This document shows, piece after piece, positions 24,501 through 36,120 of a stretch of 64,000 nucleotides of DNA (the stretch's first letter is position 1; each line of letters starts with the position of its first letter). The notes beneath the pieces were generated by a model, which worked only from the letters and a program-made list of their open reading frames with translations, searched no databases and was not told the origin of the DNA. The DNA is taken from NCBI RefSeq assembly GCF_004010195.1, contig NC_057719.1, positions 84,632,833 to 84,696,832 of the forward strand, in the 5' to 3' direction. Made by a program: the position numbers and the translations under genes. The DNA is from Chiloscyllium plagiosum (Eukaryota).

Positions 24501-26746
24501 GCCATACAGTTCCAATTATCAGTGGCAATATTGGGAAAGTTAGAAATGAAGATTTGAGTTTACCTAAAGTGATTCCCAAGTTGACAGATGCTGGCTCTTC
24601 TCTATCATCCTTTCCCAGGGATAAATTCACAGGGTCTCCAGGAGCAAAAGATATGGACATTACCAAAAGTCAGATAGTTGCAATTGAGAGTGAAAACCTT
24701 GGGCCTGTTGCAAGGCCTATAGTGGGTCCAGATAAAAAGCTTTGCATTGGAAATGCATCCACGCCTAGTCTGTCCACTTTTCCCAATGATAAGACTCTGG
24801 TATTTTCGGAAGCAAATGATATGGACATAACTAAAAGCCATACTGTTACAATTAATGGAGGAGGTCTTGGACAAGTTACAAATGAAGCATTAGGTTTTCG
24901 AAGAATGACCTCTAAACACCATGTGCCTAAGTCTATATCATCTTTTTGCAGTGATAAGACTGTTGTCTTTTCAGAAGCAAATGATATGGACATTACCAAA
25001 AGTCATACAGTTGCAATTGAGAGTGAAAATCTGGGGCACGTTGCAAGACATACAGTGGGATCAGCTAAAAAGACTTCTGTTGGGAATGCCTCTATCTCTG
25101 TTCTGTCATCTTTTCCGAACAATAAAATGTTGGCATTTTCAGAAGCAAATGACATAGACATAACTAAAAGCCATACAGTTCCAGTTGTCAGTGGAAGTAT
25201 TGGGGAAGTTAGAAATGAAGATTTGAGTTTGCCGAGAATGATTCCCAAGCTGATGGATGCTGGCTCTCCTCCATTATCTTTTCCCAGGGATAAATTCACG
25301 AGGTCTTCAGAAGCCAACAATATGGACATAACCAAAAACCATACAGTTGCTGCTGAGTGTGATGGATTTGTATCAGCCATAAGTGAATCATTAGGTTCAG
25401 ATAACATGACTTCCAGATTTACTGCTCATGGGTCTGTTTTGCCACCATTCCCCAAAGATAAGATTACAGTATCTGAACAAGTTACACCAGTTAGAGAAAT
25501 TGGTGGCGTGTCCATTTCCAGTAAGTGTGGTGTTTCCAGTAATCACCAACTTTCCCAGGTGGAGCTTGAAAAAAGGCAGAAATGTTCTGGTAACCTTTCA
25601 AGCAATGTGAAATTTGTCAACATACAAACCACAGTCGAAAACACTGCGTGTAATGTTAATCAAGCTGTTCATACAGTTGGTACTTCTGATCCTTTATCCA
25701 GGAGCGTGGAAATCACTGTTCTAAATACAGAAGGCAAGACAGAGGAAGATGGAGAATGTGTCAGTTCAATGTGTGTAAATGAAAAGCTGAATAGGAAAGA
25801 AATCAAAGAATCTGTATTGAGCAAGGGGAACTCTTTGGATCCTATCCTGAAAGGTAACAATGACCTTGAAGCTCAGGAAATATTGTGTCAGATCAATCAA
25901 AGTAGGGAGGCAGCTTCTGAAGAATTAGTCAGGCATCAAGTTAGTGATACCCAAACTGGAAATATTATGACTGATATAATTGAATATGAAAATACAGCCA
26001 ATAAACATATGGGACATAATCAATCCAGAAAGTCCAGTCTTGCTAATATGCAATCACTTCAAACATTGAATACTGTGACCAATGTAACTTACGACTCTGT
26101 ATCAGAAAGGCCTCCAGTGGGTGAAAAAGGTTCTACAAATTATCAAACCTTGGATGCAAAGTCACGACTCTTAAAGCAAAGTTCACTTATTAACAGCACA
26201 TTTAAATACAACCTTTCTCTAGGAATCTTCCCTCCTAAATTACCTATTAGAGAGAATTTATACAAAACTGTAAGTTCAAATCATCAGTATGTAACAAAAT
26301 CATTCGGAGATCATCTTGGCTCTGACTCACTTCTGAGTACCATGTATAAATCAAACAAATTTGAAGCGGATTCAGATAAATTAAGACTTAATATTGACCT
26401 AAAAACAAATCCAGATATTCAGAACAAAAGCCAAATAACTGATCATGACCACATAGAAAAAATATTTGATCAATCTGAACCATCTCTGTCCTTGAAGTCC
26501 CCTGATCTGACCTGCCTCGACATCTCTGAACAACTTGGAAAAGAAGCTTCAGCTTCTTCTGAACAGAATGAGAATGTTGTAAGTTCTCAAGGTGATGCTC
26601 TTGGAGGTTTGAAAATGATGAAATCAGTAGAAGAAAAGCTTTACCATAAACGATCATGGAGCGAAGTGGAGGAAAACAGAAATTCGTGCAGCAAAAAGAA
26701 AATGAGAAATTTGGGTCCGGAAGATACTGATTCTTCAAGCCAAAAG
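21599..26746 (+). CDS. KNL1: KNL1 giant exon (1716 codons): KI1, KI2, 20 MELT-type repeats, SLGIFPPKLP motif, basic NLS-like segment
   Basis: Acceptor ttttaaacag| at 21598 is in frame with the 1669-aa ORF; donor AAG|gtaatt at 26747. KI1 KIDFKSFL, KI2 TIDFKTFLNSIK, repeats DKT-xx-FSEANDMDITKSHT, SLGIFPPKLP (human SLGIFLPRLP), KRSW...KKKMR. Confidence 0.97.
22500..25460 (+). repeat. KNL1: Coding tandem array of 18 MELT units, period 168 nt (variants 165 and 129 nt)
   Basis: First codons of MDIT-type motifs at 22553, 22721, 22889, 23057, 23186, 23354, 23522, 23687, 23855, 24023, 24188, 24356, 24485, 24653, 24821, 24986, 25154, 25322. Confidence 0.95.
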
Positions 26747-26849
26747 GTAATTTAAAAAAGGAATGTGCTCAAGAAGTATTGTCTAACATAAAATTGATTG
26801 TATTAATAGTCTGCATGTGAGATAAATTGGGTGAAAGGACAAACTTTGT

Positions 26850-27164
26850 GGGCGGCACGGTGGCACAGTGGTTAGCACTGGTGCCTCACAGCGCCAGAGA
26901 CCCGGGTTCAATTCCCGCCTCAGGCGATTGACTGTGTGGAGTTTGCACGTTCTCCCCGTGTCTGCGTGGGTTTCCTCCGGGTGCTCCGGTTTCCTCCCAC
27001 CATCCAAAAGATGTGCAGGGTCAGGTGAATTGGCCATACTAAATTGCCCGTAGTGTTAGGTAAGGGGTAAATGTAGGGGTTTGGGTGGGTTTCGCTTCGG
27101 TGGGTCGGTGTGGACTTGTTGGGTCGAAAGGCCTGTTTCCACACTGTAATCTAATCTAATCTAA
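26850..27164 (+). mobile_element. HE1/V-SINE (tRNA-derived), full length
   Basis: A-box tggcacagtgg, B-box gggttcaattccc, V-domain gtgtggagtttgcacgttctccccgtg, (AATCT)n tail. Confidence 0.93.
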
Positions 27165-27966
27165 AACTTAATTAGAAAGCTATCTGAAGTCTATACCTTC
27201 CTGGGAGTGAAGCAGCTGAGCTTCTGGAATAATTGATTTTGGTTGCAACTGACATTTGACGTAAATAGTTAACCTTTCTGTTCACCTTTTTTTCTTCTTA
27301 TTAATCTGAGGTAAAAAAAATAAATTCCACAATAATTGTTTGGATTTCTTAAAATCCCATATACAATGCCTCTCCTATGGTGGTAACATTTTATCTTCCG
27401 GACAAAGGCTTAGTATGTAATTCCTTTGATAATGAGTTGTTTTTTGTCTTAAACAAAATGTCTCAATTTATTCAGTTGGAGTTTAGATTGCCTGAGCAAC
27501 GCAAACTTCTGGAAAAGCTAATAAAAAGTGAATACTATTATTGCCTGGTCCTCATGTGAAAAAAAGGAAATGCAATGTGTAAATTCTCTTACAGTGCCGA
27601 CTGCAAATTGAATAACACCTTATCCTCCTTACTACCACTTCCTGTCTCCCACAATAGCGAGATGTTGCATTGCGGTACTTTTATTGTCTCCTCCTTTGAA
27701 TGAAATCCTCTTCATAACTTTAGACTGGTCTTACTGTTTATTTTCCCATGTATACAATTTTACTTTGCCTTATCTCCACCAGTTCCATAAAATCATGTAT
27801 ACTGTTCAGAACAAATTCCTTTTAGTAAACAGTTTAATTCAACTGTATACTTCAGTTCAATAATAAAATTTCTACTATTTGTGCAATAAATGTTTCTTAA
27901 TGGCATCAAGTTGAGTCCTCAGATGTTTAAATGGCAACTGTAACTTTGGAAATATTTTTAACATAG

Positions 27967-28111
27967 GCCAACAATGCTCCTGTTGTGCAATGGGAAGGCA
28001 TGGATCATAAAGTCGTGGAAGAGAACCAACTCAGTATGACGACAAAAAGCCTGGATAGTAATAGTTCCTTAGATTCAACCAAAGGAGATGGAGCCTCTGC
28101 AGATGTTGCCA
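27967..28111 (+). CDS. KNL1: KNL1 exon (ANNAPVVQW...SNSSLDSTKGDGASADVA)
   Basis: acatag| and A|gtaagt sites; SSLDSTKGDG matches human SSLDSIKADG. Confidence 0.92.
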
Positions 28112-28465
28112 GTAAGTTGTGATCTTTTTTGTCAACTTGCACCTCCTGTTTAGAAGTAAAGAAAGGAAAATAACTAATTTCAGACAGGGTCTAATCTACC
28201 TGTGACTTCAATCTCACATTAAGTAGTTGGCCTTTCTTGGCTGGAACACAACCAGGGGTAGGCAATAAATAGATTACCACTTGTATTTCTTTCTAGGTCA
28301 CGACTCATCCTGACTTGGAAATATATTGCTATTCATTCACTATCACTGTATCAAACCTTTGGTACTTCCAGAAGTGGAAGATTGCTTCCTTTTTACTGAA
28401 GCGCCAATTCTGGATTTTGAGGTTACAAAAGATCAGCTTTTACTCTCTTGATATTGTCTTAGAGT

Positions 28466-28962
28466 AATAGAATCGTACAGCATGGAAACAGATGCTTCGG
28501 TCTAACTCAACCGTGCTGACCAAGTTTCCCAAATTAAACTAGTCCCGCTTGTCTGCAATTGGTTCATATTCCTTAAACCTTTCATATTCATGTACTATCC
28601 AAGTATCTTTCTAATGTTGTACTTGTACCTGTATCTACCACTTCCTTTGGCAGTTCATTCCATATATGAACCACACTCTGTGTGAAAATGTTGCCCCTCC
28701 AGTCACTTTTAAAACTTTTCTCCTCTCCCCTTTTAAAAATATTCCCCCTAGTTTCAAAATCCTCCACCCTCTGGGAAATGCTTTTTTTGTGCTATTCACG
28801 TTAGCTATACTCCTCATAAGATCACTCTTCAACCTCCTACACTCTAGTGAAATAAGTCCCAGTTTACACATCCTGTCCTTATAACTCAAACCCTCTATTC
28901 CTGGTAACCACCTGGTAAATCTTTTCTGAACCCTCTCCAGCTTAATATCCTTCCTATAACAG
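28466..28962 (-). mobile_element. CR1 LINE 3' fragment
   Basis: Minus ORF YRKDIKLERVQKRFTR...SLECRRL and a CR1 tail. Confidence 0.85.
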
Positions 28963-29139
28963 ATACCACAGGAATTGGTACTAGGACACCAGCTATTCAC
29001 ATTATATATGAATGATTTTGATGAGGGAGCTAAATATAATATCTCAAAGTTTTCAGAAGACACAAAACTAGGTGGAATGGTTAGCTTTGCTGAGGGTTCA
29101 AAAATTTCGCAGTGTGCATTGGACAAGCTGAGTGAGTCA
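28963..29139 (+). mobile_element. Old + strand CR1, piece 1 (continues at about 32068-32100, 32658-33017 and 36258-36562)
   Basis: PQELVLGHQLFTLYMNDFDEG...ISKFSEDTKLGG is a decayed CR1 RT; later pieces continue collinearly. Confidence 0.8.
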
Positions 29140-32022
29140 GAGATGTACAGCATGGAAACAGAACCTTCAGTCTAGCCCGTCCATGCCAACCAGATATCCC
29201 AAACCAATCTAGTCCCACCTGCCAGCACCCGGCTCATATCCCTCCAAACCCTTCCTATTCATATACCCACCCAAATGCCTCTTAGATGTTGCAATTGTAC
29301 CAGCCTCCACCACTTCCTCTGGCAGCTCATTCCATACATGTAACACCCTCTACGTGAAAAGGTTGCCCCATATGTCTCTTTTATATCTTTCCCCTCTCCC
29401 CTAAACCTATGCCCCTCTTACCTATTTGTCTATTTTGTCAATTTACCCCATCCATGCCCCTCATAATTTTGTAAACCTCTAGAAGGTCAGCCCTCAGCCT
29501 CCGATGCTCCAGGGAAAACAGCCCCAGCTTGTTCAGCCTCTCCCTTTAGCTCAAATCCTCCAACCCTGGCAACATCCTTGTAAATCTTTTCTGAACCCTT
29601 TCAAGTTTCACAACATATTTCCGATAGGAAGAAGACCAGAATTGCACTCAATATTCCAACAGTGGTCTTAACAATGTCCTGTACACCCGCAATATGACCT
29701 CCCAACTCCTGTACTCAATACTCTGACCAATAAAGGAAAGCATACCAAACTCCTCCTTCACTATCCTATCTACCTGCGACTCCAATTTCAAGGAGCTGTG
29801 AACTCTCACTCCAAGGTCTCTTTGTTCAGCAGCACTCCCTAGGACCTTACCATTAAGTGTAAATGTTCTGCTAAGATTTGCTTTCCCAAAATGCAGCACC
29901 TCTCATTTATCTGAATTAATCTCCATCTGCCACTTCTGGTCAAGATCCTGTTTTAATCTGAGGTAACCTTCTTCACTGTCCACTACACCTCCAATTTTGG
30001 TGACCTCTGCAAACTTACTGTACCTCTTATGCTCACATCCAAATCGTTTATGTAAATGACAAGAAGTAGTGGACCCAGCACCGATCCTTGTGGCACTCCA
30101 CTGGTCACAGGCCTCCAGTGTGAAAAACAACCTTCCATCACTACCCTCTGTCTTCTAACTTTGAGCCAGTTCTGTATGCAAATGGCTAGTTCTCCCTGTA
30201 TTCCGTGAGATCTAACCTTGCTAATCTGTCTCCCATGGATTGCCTTGTCAAAAGTCCACATAGATCACATCTACTGCTCTGCCCTCATCAATCCTCTTTG
30301 TTACTTCCTCAAAAAACTCAGTCAAATTTGTGAGACATGACTTTCCACGCATAGATCCATATTGACTATCCCTAATCAGTCCTTGCCTTTCCAAACACAT
30401 GTACATCCTGTCCCTCAGGATTCCCTCCAACAACTTGCCCACCACCGAGGTCAGGCTCACTGGTCTATAGTTCCCTGGCTTGTCCTTACCACCCTTCTTA
30501 AACAGTGGCACTATGTTAGCCAACCTCCAACCTTCCAGCACCTCACTTGTGACTATCGATGATACAGATATCTCAGCAAGAGTCCCAGCAGTTACTTCTC
30601 TCGCTTCCCACAGAGTTCTAGGGTACACCTGATCAGGTCCTGGGGATTTATCCACCTTTAAATGTTTCAAGACATCCAGTGCTTCCTCCTCTGTAAACTG
30701 GACATTTTGCAAGATGTCACCATCTATTTCCCTACAGTCTATATCTTCCATATCCTTTTCCACAGTAAATACTGATGCAAAATACTCATTTTGTATCTCT
30801 CCATTTTCTGCGGCCCCACACAAAGGCCACCTTGCTGATCTTTGAGGGGCCCTATTCTTTCCCTAGTTACCCTTTTGTCCTTAATGTATTTGTAAAAACT
30901 CTTTGGATTCTCCGTAACTCTATTTGCCAAAGCTATGTCATGTCCCCTTTTTGCCCTCCTGACTTCCCTCTTAAGTATACTCTTACTTCCTTTAAACTCT
31001 TTTAAGGATGCACTCGATCTATCCTGTCTATACTTTACAGATGCTTACTTCTTTCTCTGAACCAAACCCTCAATTTCCTTCGTCATCCAGCATTTCCTAT
31101 ATCTACTGGCCTTTCCTTTCACCCTGACAGGAATATACTTTCTCTGGATTCTTGTTATCTCATTTCTGAAGGCTTCCCATTTTCCAGGTGTCCCTTTACT
31201 TACGAACATCTGCCCCCAGTCAGCTTTCGAAAGTTCTTGCCTAATACTGTCAAAATTGGCCTTTCTCCAATTTAGTACTTCAACTTTTAGATCTGTTCTA
31301 TCCTTTTCCATCATTATTTTAGTTCTAATGGAATTATAGTCACTGGCCCCAAAGTGCTCCCCCACGGACACCTCAGTCACCTGCCCTGCCTTATTTCCCA
31401 AGAGTAGGTCAAGTTTTGCACCTTCTCTAGTAGATACATCCACGTACTGAATCAGAAAATTGTCTTGTACACACTGAACAAATTCCTCTCCATCTAAACC
31501 CTTAACAGTATGGCAGTCCCAGTCTACGTTTGGAAAGTTAAAATCCCCTACCATAACTACCCTATTATCCTTACAGATAGCTGAGATCTCCTTACAAGTT
31601 TGTTTCTAAATTTCCCTCTGACTATTAGGGGGTCTATAATACAATCCCAATAAGGTGACCATCCCTTTCTTATTCTCAGTTCCACTCAAATAATTTCCCT
31701 GGATGTATGTCTGGGAATATCCTCCCTCAGCACAGCTGTAATGCTATCCCTTATCTAAAATGCCACACCCCCTCCTCTCTTGCCTCCCTTTCTATCCTTC
31801 CTGTGTAGCATTTGTGTCCTGGAACATTAAGCTGCCAGTTCCTGCCCATCCCTGAGTCATGTTTCTGTAATTGCTATGATATCCCAGTCCCATGTTCCTA
31901 ACCATGCCCTGAGTTCATCTGCCTTCCCTGTTAGGCCCCTTGCATTGAAATAAATGCAGTTTAATTTATTAGTCCTACCTTGTCCCTGCCTGCCCTGACT
32001 GTTTGGTACAATTGATAACAGA
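29140..32022 (-). mobile_element. CR1 LINE, ORF2 from endonuclease to 3' end, disrupted
   Basis: EN: CIYFNARGL...[52 protein letters not shown]. Candidate TSD agtgagtca at 29131 and 32023. Confidence 0.95.
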
Positions 32023-32100
32023 AGTGAGTCAATCTCAGATTGATCTCTTTTCTCACTCTCTCCCTGGGTTGGGCAGAAAAATTGCAAATTACGTAAAGTG

Positions 32101-32658
32101 TACCATATATACTCGAATAATAGTCGATCTCAAGTAAAAGTCGACCCCCTAGTTTTGGCCAAATAACCTGGAACTTTCCATATATCCTTTCCATATATTC
32201 CATAAGTCGATCCTTTGAGTCAGTGTGCTGGCCATCACATCCTGCTCCAGCTTTCCCGTGTACCAGTAGTTCCGCTCTGCACCTGATCTTGCAGTCTGCT
32301 GGCTGTTTAGTTCCGCTCCAGGTTTTCATAATTACCATTTTTTTTTTATTTGTTTAACGATCAATTGGACTTCTGCTAATGATATGATATGAATTTTGAC
32401 GGGGGAGAAATTCAGCCCCTCAAAAGTAGTATCTATGTAATAGTTGACCCCATAAATTTAACCTTTTTAAAAAGTAGTCAAACATGTTTGACTATTACTC
32501 GAGTATACAGAGGAACCTCGATTATCCAAACGACATGGGCAGCAAATATTTTAAGATTGTCGAATGCCAGATAACACAGTCTAGCCAAACATCAGAACAT
32601 TGCAATCTTGATGGGGTAATTCAAAATTTGGATAATCAAGGTTCCTCTGTATATGGCA
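32101..32658. mobile_element. pogo/Tigger-like MITE (outer)
   Basis: Left TIR taccatatatactcgaataatagtcga. The right TIR reconstitutes as ttgactattactcgagtata+tatggca once the inner element is removed. Confidence 0.8.
32508..32649. mobile_element. Tc1/mariner-Tigger-type MITE (inner), TA duplication
   Basis: TA-cagaggaacctcgattatccaa ... ttggataatcaaggttcctctg-TA. Confidence 0.88.
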
Positions 32659-33017
32659 GATAAATGTGAGATTATCCACTTTCCAAGCATAAGTTGGAAG
32701 GCAGATTATTATTTGACTGTAAATTGAGAGAAGGGATTGCTCAATGAGACTTGAATGTCCTGTATATGAGTTACTGAAGTGAAGTGTGCAGATGCAGCAG
32801 GCAGTAAAGAAGGCAAACCATATATTGGCCTTCATAGCAAGAGGATTTAAGAACTGAAATAATTTCTGGAACCAAATAGGACATTGGTGAATATTGTGTG
32901 CTGTCTCGGTGTCCTTTTCTAAGAAAGAATGCTCTTAAATATACAGGGAGTGCAGCAAAGGTTTACCAAATTGATTCTTGCAGTGGTAAGATTGACATAT
33001 GAGGAGCGATTTGAATC

Positions 33018-36000
33018 AGAGTCATACAGAATGGAAACAGAGCCTTCAATCCAACCAGTCAATGCTGACCATAATCCCAAGCTAAACTAGTGCCGACACC
33101 AGGCTCCTATCCCTCCAAATATTTCTTATTCCTGTAATAATCTAAATGTTTATTTAAAATTGTAATTGTACCCACATCCACTACTTCTGGAAGTTCATTC
33201 CACACATGAACCACTTGGTGTATTAGAAAAAATGCTTCTCATGGTTTTTTAAAATCTTTCTCATATCTCCTTAAAAATATACTTTCTAGTCTTGAAATCC
33301 CACCCCCTAAGGAAAAGATACCTGCCATTCACCATATCTATACCCCCTCATGATTTTATAATCTCTATAAGGTCACCTTAACCTCTCCTGTACTCCAGTG
33401 AGAAAGGTCCCAGCCTATCCAGCGCCTCCTTATAACTCAACCCCTCTATTCCTGGCAACATCCTGGTAATCTCTTCTGAATTCTCTCCAGCTTAATATTC
33501 TTTCTATAACAGGTTGACCAGAACTGGATACAGTCCTCCTGAAGAGGCCTCATCAGCATCCCAACTCCTATATTCAAAGGTCTGAATAATGAAGGCAAGC
33601 GTGCTAAATACTGCCTTCACCACTCTGTGACTCAAGTGTCAAAGAATGACATACCTGAGCCCCTCGATTTCTCTGTTCTACAACACTAGCCAAGGCCTTA
33701 CATTTAATTGTATAAATCCTGCCCTAGTTTGTTTTACCAAAATGCAATAGTTCATATTTATCCAAATTAAACTCTATCTGCTGCTCTAATGTTCATTGAT
33801 CCACTTGATCAAGATAACTGTAATCTTAGATGACCTCCTTCAGTGTCCACAATACCATCCATTTTGGTTTCATCTGCAAACTTGCCTTCTATATTCTCAT
33901 CTAAATCATTTATATAAATGACATGCAAAAGTGGACCCAGCACTGATTTCATTGAACACTGCTAGTCACAAGCTTCTAGTCTAAAAAGGAATCCTCCACC
34001 ACCACTTCCCCTCCTGCTGTTAGGCCAATTTTGTACCCAATGGTTAAGCTCACTCTGAAGCCCATGTGATCTAACTTTGCTAATTATTTTACAATACGGA
34101 AGCTTTTCGCAGGCTTTACTGAAATTTTGATGAGGGAGCTAAATATAATATCTCAAAAGTTTTCAGAAGGCATAACGCTAGGTGGAATGGTAAACAAAGT
34201 AAACAATGTCTACCACTCTACTGTCATTGATCTTCTTAGTTGATTCCTCAAAAGTATTCATTCAAATTTTAGATATGATTTCCCTCACACAAAACCATGC
34301 TGACTATTCCTAATCAACTGGGTGGCACGGTGGCACAGTGGTTAGCACTGCTGCCTCACTGTGCCAGAGACCCGGGTTCAATTCCCACCTCAGGTGACTG
34401 ACTGTGTGGAGTTTGCACGTTCTCCCCGTGTCTGCGTGGGTTTCCTCTGGGTGCTCCGATTTCCTCCCACAGTCCAAAGATGTGCAGGTCAGGTGAATTG
34501 GCCATGCTAAATTGCCCGTAGTGTTAGGTAAATGTTAGGTAGTGTTTGGTAAATGTAGGGGTATGGATGGGTTGCGCTTCGGCGGGTCGGTGTGGACTTG
34601 TTGGGCCAACTGTAATGTAATCTAAATCTAATCTAAAATTTCTTGCTTCTCCAGAAGCACACAAATCCTACCTTTCAGAATACCTTCCAACAACTTAACC
34701 CACAACTGAAGTCAGACTCATAGGCCTCTTTACATACCTTCTTAATCAAAAGCACAACATTAGTTATCATCTGTTCATCGGTTTTCTGCCAGTCATCTGG
34801 TACCTGCCCATAGTTGTAGATGATACAAATATCTTTACAAGAGGCCCTGGAATTTCCTCCCTAATTTGCCCATGTGATACACTCGATCAGATTCCAGAGA
34901 TTTACCTACCTTTATATTTTGTAAGATTTCCAGCACTTCCTCTTCTGAAATGTGAACTGTTTTCAAAACATCAGTGTGTATTTCCCTAAGTTCTCTGGGC
35001 TCTATTGTATTCTCCGTGGTAAAAACTGATGCAAAATATTTGTTTAATATCTATTCCATTTCCTGAGGTTTAACACAAAGACTACCTTTGACCTTTAAGG
35101 GGCCCTACTCTCTCTCTCTCTCTAGTTGCTCTCTTACTCCTAATGTACTTGTAGAATCTCTTTGTCAAACAAGGTTAAGGACTAATCCAATGCTATCTGA
35201 TATTCTCTCCTTGCCTTCCTGCTCTCCCTCTTAAGAATGCCCTTACACTCTTAATCAAGTTCAAGAGATTCATTTTAATCCAGTTGTCCATATCGAACAT
35301 ACAACTTTTTAAAATTCTTGACTAGATCCTCAATCTTTTCATCCATTGTTCAGTCACCCTACCAGCTTTGCCTTTCATTATAACAGAAACATAATGATTC
35401 TGAACTCTTGTTATCCCAACATCAGGCCTCTAAACAGTGTAATCCAATCAATTTTTGAAAATTTTTGTCTTGTACCATTTAAAATTTGCCTTGCTCCATT
35501 TAAAAACTTTATTTTTGTGGCAGCCTTATCCTTTTCCATAACTATTTTAAAGTAGATAGAATTATGATCACTAGACCAAAAGTATTCCCCTACTATCAAT
35601 TCAGTGATTTGCCCTGTCTTATTACCGAACAGAAGGTCAAGTGGGAACATTTACATGTTGATAAAGAACATTTTCTTGAACACGTTTAATAAATTCTTTG
35701 CCATCCAAACCTTTAACGGTATGACAGTCCCAGTCAAGATGTCTGGAATATCAACATCACCTACTTTTACAGCCTTCATATTGGTTCCTCAATTTTCCTC
35801 TGACGTTTAGGGTGTCTATTGTACAATCCCAACAAGGTAAAGATTTTTTTTCTCCTAATTTCAAGACATATATTTTCACCGGATGATTTTTCAGAAGTTA
35901 CAGCAGTAATGTATCTCTTAATCAAAAATGCCACTCACTCTCCTCTTTTGATTATTTGTATCCTTCTTATATCATCTGAAACCTAGAATATTGAGCTGCC

Positions 36001-36120
36001 AGTTCCATCAATCCTTGAAGTTACTCTAATCGTGGTAATGTCTCAATCCTGTGTTCTCAAACATGCCCGAGTTCATCAGCCTGACTTGTAAGACTCCATG
36101 CAATTTAATTCTTCAGAGTA
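33018..36120 (-). mobile_element. Older CR1 LINE (EN-RT-3'), heavily decayed
   Basis: CR1 tail at 33018; LDLLFGNKTGQITELIVGEYFWSSDHNSI on the minus strand; collinear with the younger copy at 29140-32022. Confidence 0.85.
34320..34636 (+). mobile_element. HE1/V-SINE nested in CR1
   Basis: Same A/B boxes, V-domain and AATCT tail as the 26850 copy. Confidence 0.93.

Noticed and set aside
22570..25407. Repetitive minus-strand ORFs (MSISFASEN...)
   Set aside because: Antisense shadows of the KNL1 repeats.
22500..25460. Regularly spaced conserved repeats with variable spacers, superficially CRISPR-like
   Set aside because: Periods are multiples of 3 inside one open frame encoding KNL1 MELT modules; spacers are related to each other; eukaryotic context with no cas genes.
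21746..26755. Single-exon 1669-aa gene starting at TTG
   Set aside because: It is an internal exon: the frame is open back to the acceptor at 21598 and a donor precedes the stop.
26850..26925. tRNA gene
   Set aside because: The A/B boxes belong to a SINE head followed by a V-domain and AATCT tail; several copies occur in the window.
29140..32022. Active LINE or domesticated RT gene
   Set aside because: Multiple frameshifts and stops, and the catalytic motif is altered (FAEV for FADD).
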